Assembly (NCBI GenBank): GCA_019468145.1
Contig: JAHXDM010000002.1
Span: forward strand, 262,757-294,756
DNA: 32,000 nucleotides
DNA from: Rickettsia endosymbiont of Bradysia coprophila
GTDB taxonomy: Bacteria > Pseudomonadota > Alphaproteobacteria > Rickettsiales > Rickettsiaceae
Direction: 5' to 3'
A model generated the notes under the pieces. It did not search any database. It saw only the letters and a program-made list of their open reading frames with translations, and was not told the DNA's origin. This document shows positions 27,641 through 32,000 of this stretch, in pieces. Position 1 is the first letter of the stretch. Each line of letters begins with the position of its first letter. Both the position numbers and the translations under genes were made by a program.

Positions 27641-29686
27641 CTATTCTATGATAGAGGAATCCTCTCCTATTATATCTTGAGAAGAATTATCATCATGGGG
27701 ATGTAGCCAAGATGTTACTTTCTCAATGGCGTGGTCTATAAATTTCCCCCCAGCGGACATAAAACCACAAAATTTCGTAACTAGGCTAGAAAAAAAGCCT
27801 TTCTTGGGGGCATTATGTATCAATGGAGTTGTTGGTTCGTCTGTAAGACTAGTATGTATAATGTTTAGGGAATCACAATTTGCTTGAGAAGTATTACCTG
27901 AAATTTGATTTGCTTCCGGCAAATCATGGTTCAAAGCACTGTTGATGGATAATATTTCTGAATCTACCTCATTTTGTTCTACATAGTGTTTGTCAAGTAA
28001 AAGAGGTAGGTCATCTGCAAATGATGGGTCAGGGATTTCCACAACATTATTGGAAATAGAATCAACTACGTCTTTTGAAGATTGTCGTTTTAATAATGTA
28101 TCGAGCGGTTTTTCCTGCTTGCCAATTAAGACTAATAGGTCATCTGCAAATGATAGATCAGGGATTTCCACAACATTATTGGTGATATAATCAAGTGCGT
28201 CTTTTGAAGATTGTCGTTGTAACAATGCATCGAGCGATTCTTGCGGGTTGTAAGTTAAGTTGCATATTTCTTCTGCCAATGATAGATCAGGGGTTTTTTT
28301 AACCTCATTGGAAGGAGAATCAGGCATGTCTATTGAGTTGGCGAAGGGAGAATCTGTGAGTATATACCCCTCTGATATGAATTTGTGTGCGTCGTTGCTC
28401 AATGCTTGATTATCTATAGGCTTCGTTCCATCGCGCAGGGCAGCAAAATCATCTGAGAGGGGTAGAGCGGTTTGCTCAGTATCAGAACCACTATCACTAC
28501 CAGAATCACTAAGATCTTCTTTGTTTTTTTTATCCTCAGAGTTCTTATTCTTATGTTTCTTCTTTGAATCTTGAGTAGGCTTCTTCTTGAATATCTCTCG
28601 GCTTATTGGCCTTATCACCTTAGTAGAGAAAAAGGATTCGTGTTTAATAGTTTCTTTGGAATCCTCAATCTCTTTGTTAATTTGAGGAAGGATGATATCC
28701 TTATTCTTTAAATAAATCTCTTTCAATTCTTCGGAAAGGATAGTATCGATAGTTTTTTCAATGTGTTCTTCAGTAATTTTTTTCCTATCTTTTAACTTTT
28801 CAGTACTGGTAACAATTATTTCCTGGATGATAAGATTATTATTAACTGCAGTAATAAAATTTTGAAAACTCTCTTGGGTAAGTTTTTCTTTATCAAATGT
28901 ACCATATTTAAATGTTGAGCTTAGTCTCTTTTTTGAGGTAACTTCTTGGATATCTGTACAAAAGAGATCAACAGCTGTGCCGTTATTTGTTTGCTTTAAC
29001 CAATCTAAAGCATGCTGATTTTTTAGCATAGAGATTAGCAATGTAGGTGAGATTATTATATCTTTTCTAGTTGCCTGGCCAATGCGATGTTGATAATCAT
29101 TAGCTGCTACCATGTTATTGACATCTAGACCAAATAAATTTTCAAATAATCTATCTTTCATTCCCTCTATTAGAATAGTCTTTCTTCCTTCCACACACCC
29201 TAATTCTTGTCTTATATTGTTGTCAAACTCATCAAGTTCTAGCTTAAAAACTTCAAAATATTTGGGATCTATTGGCGGAGTTTTGATTCCATTAATGGTT
29301 ATACCCGATGTTTCTGCTTCAGTTATTTTTTGGCTTATAGATTTTTTAACTTGCGCTAGACTTCTTGCATCTCCCCCTACTGTCTTCTTTACGTCAAGTA
29401 CGGAAATAACCATTTCTTCCCACTTGAGGTTCTGCCCGTCAATCTCTCCATTATTATTATGTGCTACATCTACAAGGCGTTTACTTATAAAGCCTTTTAA
29501 GGCAGTTAGCTCTTTTTTGAAATGTTCTGTAATTAAGTCATCCACTGCTGCTTTTATTGCTTCAGGAGACACTTCTTGTGCCTGGAAATTTTCTTTTTCA
29601 TTTTCTTCCAGTAGTGAAGTAGGATCTCCTGATAAAAGGATTTCTAGTTGATTTTCAGAATCAGAAGAGTGCGTGGTCATATTCAT
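27641..29686 (-). CDS. Hypothetical 681-aa repeat-containing protein, candidate secreted effector
   Basis: Long intact ORF, no recognised family; polar N-terminal half, Lys/Ser/Asp-rich linker, three tandem ~43-aa units, C-terminal short hydrophobic patch. Confidence 0.75.
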   Translation of the reverse strand: MNMTTHSSDSENQLEILLSGDPTSLLEENEKENFQAQEVSPEAIKAAVDDLITEHFKKELTALKGFISKRLVDVAHNNNGEIDGQNLKWEEMVISVLDVKKTVGGDARSLAQVKKSISQKITEAETSGITINGIKTPPIDPKYFEVFKLELDEFDNNIRQELGCVEGRKTILIEGMKDRLFENLFGLDVNNMVAANDYQHRIGQATRKDIIISPTLLISMLKNQHALDWLKQTNNGTAVDLFCTDIQEVTSKKRLSSTFKYGTFDKEKLTQESFQNFITAVNNNLIIQEIIVTSTEKLKDRKKITEEHIEKTIDTILSEELKEIYLKNKDIILPQINKEIEDSKETIKHESFFSTKVIRPISREIFKKKPTQDSKKKHKNKNSEDKKNKEDLSDSGSDSGSDTEQTALPLSDDFAALRDGTKPIDNQALSNDAHKFISEGYILTDSPFANSIDMPDSPSNEVKKTPDLSLAEEICNLTYNPQESLDALLQRQSSKDALDYITNNVVEIPDLSFADDLLVLIGKQEKPLDTLLKRQSSKDVVDSISNNVVEIPDPSFADDLPLLLDKHYVEQNEVDSEILSINSALNHDLPEANQISGNTSQANCDSLNIIHTSLTDEPTTPLIHNAPKKGFFSSLVTKFCGFMSAGGKFIDHAIEKVTSWLHPHDDNSSQDIIGEDSSIIE
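28011..28300. repeat. 129-bp tandem repeat within the 681-aa CDS (about 2.3 units)
   Basis: TCATCTGCAAATGAT(G/A)G(G/A)TCAGGGATTTCCACAACATTATTGG starts at 28011 and 28140; GATCAGGG anchor recurs 129 bp later (28151 to 28280). Protein units EIPDLSFADDLLVLIGKQEKPLDTLLKRQSSKDVVDSISNNVV. Confidence 0.9.
28363..28466. repeat. Palindromic dispersed repeat, copy C (in frame inside the 681-aa CDS)
   Basis: TATACCCCTCTGATATGAATTTG...TTATCTATAGGCTTCGTTCCATCGCGCAGGGCAGCAAAATCATCTGAGAGGGGTA; aligned to copies A and B. Confidence 0.88.
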
Positions 29687-30162
29687 TACTCTTGTTTTAT
29701 AAATTTATTGTTGTTGGCGGACTAGGATAAGTTATAGTAAAAATTACACAAAAGTTAATATCTATAAATTATATTTCAATGGTATTAATGCTATTATAAG
29801 TAGAGTCATTATTTGAAGGTGATTATCTATATTTCCTTATCTTAAGTCAAGTCTATTTGATGATGAAAGGTGAGAAACAATATGGGAAAATTAGTGGGTA
29901 AAAGTGAAGAGACAAAAATTAATGACGAATTTTTTCTTGATACCCATGAAGGTTACATCGTAATTTTTAAATTATTTTCAATGTGATAGAAATACAATTT
30001 ATACAAGCCTTGGGTGAGCTGAAGTAGTGAGATAAAAAAATAATTTTTAAAAATAAATAGAGTATATACTTAGTGCTATCACTTTGTTATGCTACACTAG
30101 TGTAATTACAAACTATAAACAAACCATCCATCAATATTTGGTGGTAATTAATAATAAACAAA

Positions 30163-32000
30163 ATGATTGGCATTAGAAATTTTTTGATCAAGTTAAGTAT
30201 AGTAGTTTGTGCAATTATTCTGGCTGTATATTTATTAATATTAAGTGCGAATTTAGGTTATTTAGATAAACCAATAAAAGAAATAATAGAATTTTATTTA
30301 GATAAAAAAAATGCCACAATCAAGCTCGGTAATTTGCAATTAAGACATAATACTCTTACAATTGATAAAATTACTATGAATTTAGCAAACAATACTAAAG
30401 GAGAAATTTCTAACCTTAACGTTAATTTTGTTATAAGTGATTTAATGAACAATCCAGTGATAACTAATGTGATTAGTATGGATAATTTAGTGATAATTTC
30501 GGAGAATAATCAGCCGATCCTAACTACTAAGATATCTGCTAAGCAGATAATAGAGCTTTTTAAAAATAATATTGAAACAGAAATCCACCTTCTGCCTATT
30601 AAAAACATCACTTTGCGTGATTCTTATGGCAATAACTTACCAGATGGGCAAGGAGTTTGTTTTTATAAAAATCGGTTTTCGGGAATTGTTGAAAAATCAG
30701 TAGAATGTAAGTTATCTTTTAGTGATCAAGCTAATTTAATGTTAAAGAGCATGGTTAATGACCAGGGAATTAAGGCGAGGGTTAATATTGAAAACATTCC
30801 TATAATGATTTATAAAATTGCGGAGAAATTTCTGGCGGATAATAAGGTAATTCAGTTTTTACAAGGATATATTAAAGATGGTTATATTAGAAAAGGGGAG
30901 CTAGATTTAAATCTGGATACAAATTCTTTAGGTAATAATATTCCACCAGCAGCAATAAAAGGTAAGTTTCATGTGATAGATCTGGAATATAACTATGATA
31001 AAGACTTCCCTTCTATTCGAAGAATTGATACGGATATTGAGGTAGCGGGGCCAAAAGTTAAATGCGTCTTAAATCAAGCCTATAGTAGTAACAGCTTACT
31101 CTCAGGACTAATAATGTTTGAATGGCAAGGGATAAAGGATTCTCGTTTTACTGTTAAAGCGAATGCTAAGGGAGAGGCAAAAGACCTTATTGATTTTATT
31201 TCAGATCAAAACTACCAGGAAACAAAAAACCAAGGAATTGATCTTAAAAAAATTAGAGGAGAAGCGGAGTCAATCATTGAAATAATAATACCACTGAATC
31301 CCAGTTCGCCCAACTCTTATAATATCTCCACAATTATTACTAAAGCACATTTTACTGCCTTTAATGATAATATAATATTAACCAATGCAAAAGTTACCGG
31401 GTTATTTGATGGTGACAAGATAGTTTTGAAGGGAGTAGGGAAAATTAATGAGAATGCTAGTAATTTTGTTTACCAGTATAATATTAAGAAGAATCTCAAA
31501 GAGGATTATGAAACTATATTAAATATTAAGACTAATATTTTAGCGAGTAAACAACAGTTTGGAATATTCAAGTCGATCTCTGGTAAGACTGTCCTAGATT
31601 TTGAATATAAAAAACCCAGTAATGGGCAAACTGTAATGAAAGCTAGTGCAAATCTAAAAAACCTTGAATTTTATATTGATAAAATTTCTATTCATAAAAA
31701 GCTCGGTAAAGTAGCTAAATTAAATTTGACAAGCAATTTAGAAAAAGATCTATATAATAATATCAATTTTAGTCTGGTAGGGGAGGATAATTTAAAAATT
31801 ATTGGCAAAGTTAGGGCAGAAAATTTTAGCTCTGCGGGGAAATACGAGGTAAATTTATCAACCATTAGTTATTTAGATACTCAACTTGCCGGTAAATTGT
31901 TGTTGGATAAAGACAATTTAAATGCGGCAATATATGGCAAACAATTAGATTTATCGAATGCTAATATGATGCAATTTTTGGAAAAAGCAGCCGATAGCAA
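30163..32000 (+). CDS. AsmA/DUF3971-like large envelope protein, 3'-truncated by window edge
   Basis: ORF open from ATG 30163 to window end, absent from the ORF track; N-terminal single TM (FLIKLSIVVCAIILAVYLLIL), then repetitive beta-rich AsmA-like sequence (KITMNLANNTKGEISNLNVNF, IRRIDTDIEVAGPKVKC). Confidence 0.6.
   Translation, partial: MIGIRNFLIKLSIVVCAIILAVYLLILSANLGYLDKPIKEIIEFYLDKKNATIKLGNLQLRHNTLTIDKITMNLANNTKGEISNLNVNFVISDLMNNPVITNVISMDNLVIISENNQPILTTKISAKQIIELFKNNIETEIHLLPIKNITLRDSYGNNLPDGQGVCFYKNRFSGIVEKSVECKLSFSDQANLMLKSMVNDQGIKARVNIENIPIMIYKIAEKFLADNKVIQFLQGYIKDGYIRKGELDLNLDTNSLGNNIPPAAIKGKFHVIDLEYNYDKDFPSIRRIDTDIEVAGPKVKCVLNQAYSSNSLLSGLIMFEWQGIKDSRFTVKANAKGEAKDLIDFISDQNYQETKNQGIDLKKIRGEAESIIEIIIPLNPSSPNSYNISTIITKAHFTAFNDNIILTNAKVTGLFDGDKIVLKGVGKINENASNFVYQYNIKKNLKEDYETILNIKTNILASKQQFGIFKSISGKTVLDFEYKKPSNGQTVMKASANLKNLEFYIDKISIHKKLGKVAKLNLTSNLEKDLYNNINFSLVGEDNLKIIGKVRAENFSSAGKYEVNLSTISYLDTQLAGKLLLDKDNLNAAIYGKQLDLSNANMMQFLEKAADS

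Noticed and set aside
27990-28190. Plus-strand 66-aa ORF with internal repeat (RSSANDGSGISTTLL)
   Set aside because: It is the opposite-strand mirror of the 129-bp tandem repeats in the 681-aa gene.
28011-28300. Possible CRISPR or intergenic repeat array
   Set aside because: The repeats are contiguous 129-bp units without unique spacers and keep a coding frame in a 681-aa ORF, so they are intragenic protein repeats.

Overview
This 32 kb AT-rich window looks like a Rickettsiaceae-type alphaproteobacterial chromosome. That assignment is inferred from protein sequence and gene order; no search was run. It contains: the 3' part of bamD, then recN and a convergent rlmB-type rRNA methyltransferase; tRNA-Tyr(GUA), tRNA-Gly(UCC) and tuf; a near-complete S10-spc-alpha ribosomal protein superoperon (rpsJ to rplQ, including secY, adk, rpoA) followed by rpsT; a CcmA-like ABC ATPase; a proline-rich 600-aa protein; minus-strand mlaF-mlaE-alr, an MHS/ProP-type MFS transporter and a short PRPP synthetase; a 681-aa repeat-containing hypothetical protein; and an open-ended AsmA/DUF3971-like ORF running off the right edge and absent from the supplied ORF track. 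The most notable observations are: (1) a dispersed palindromic repeat family of about 104-114 bp, three copies, with TATAC(T/C)CCTC...GAGG(A/G)GTATA ends, resembling Rickettsia palindromic elements; one copy is intergenic, one overlaps the C-terminus and stop of ccmA, and one lies in frame inside the 681-aa protein; (2) an apparent -1 frameshift in the essential gene rpsN at an A6 tract; (3) an acidic N-terminal extension of about 53 aa on ribosomal protein L30; (4) a 129-bp (43-aa) tandem repeat in the 681-aa protein; (5) a second, larger inverted-repeat structure downstream of that gene. I see no convincing defence system, CRISPR array or complete mobile element.
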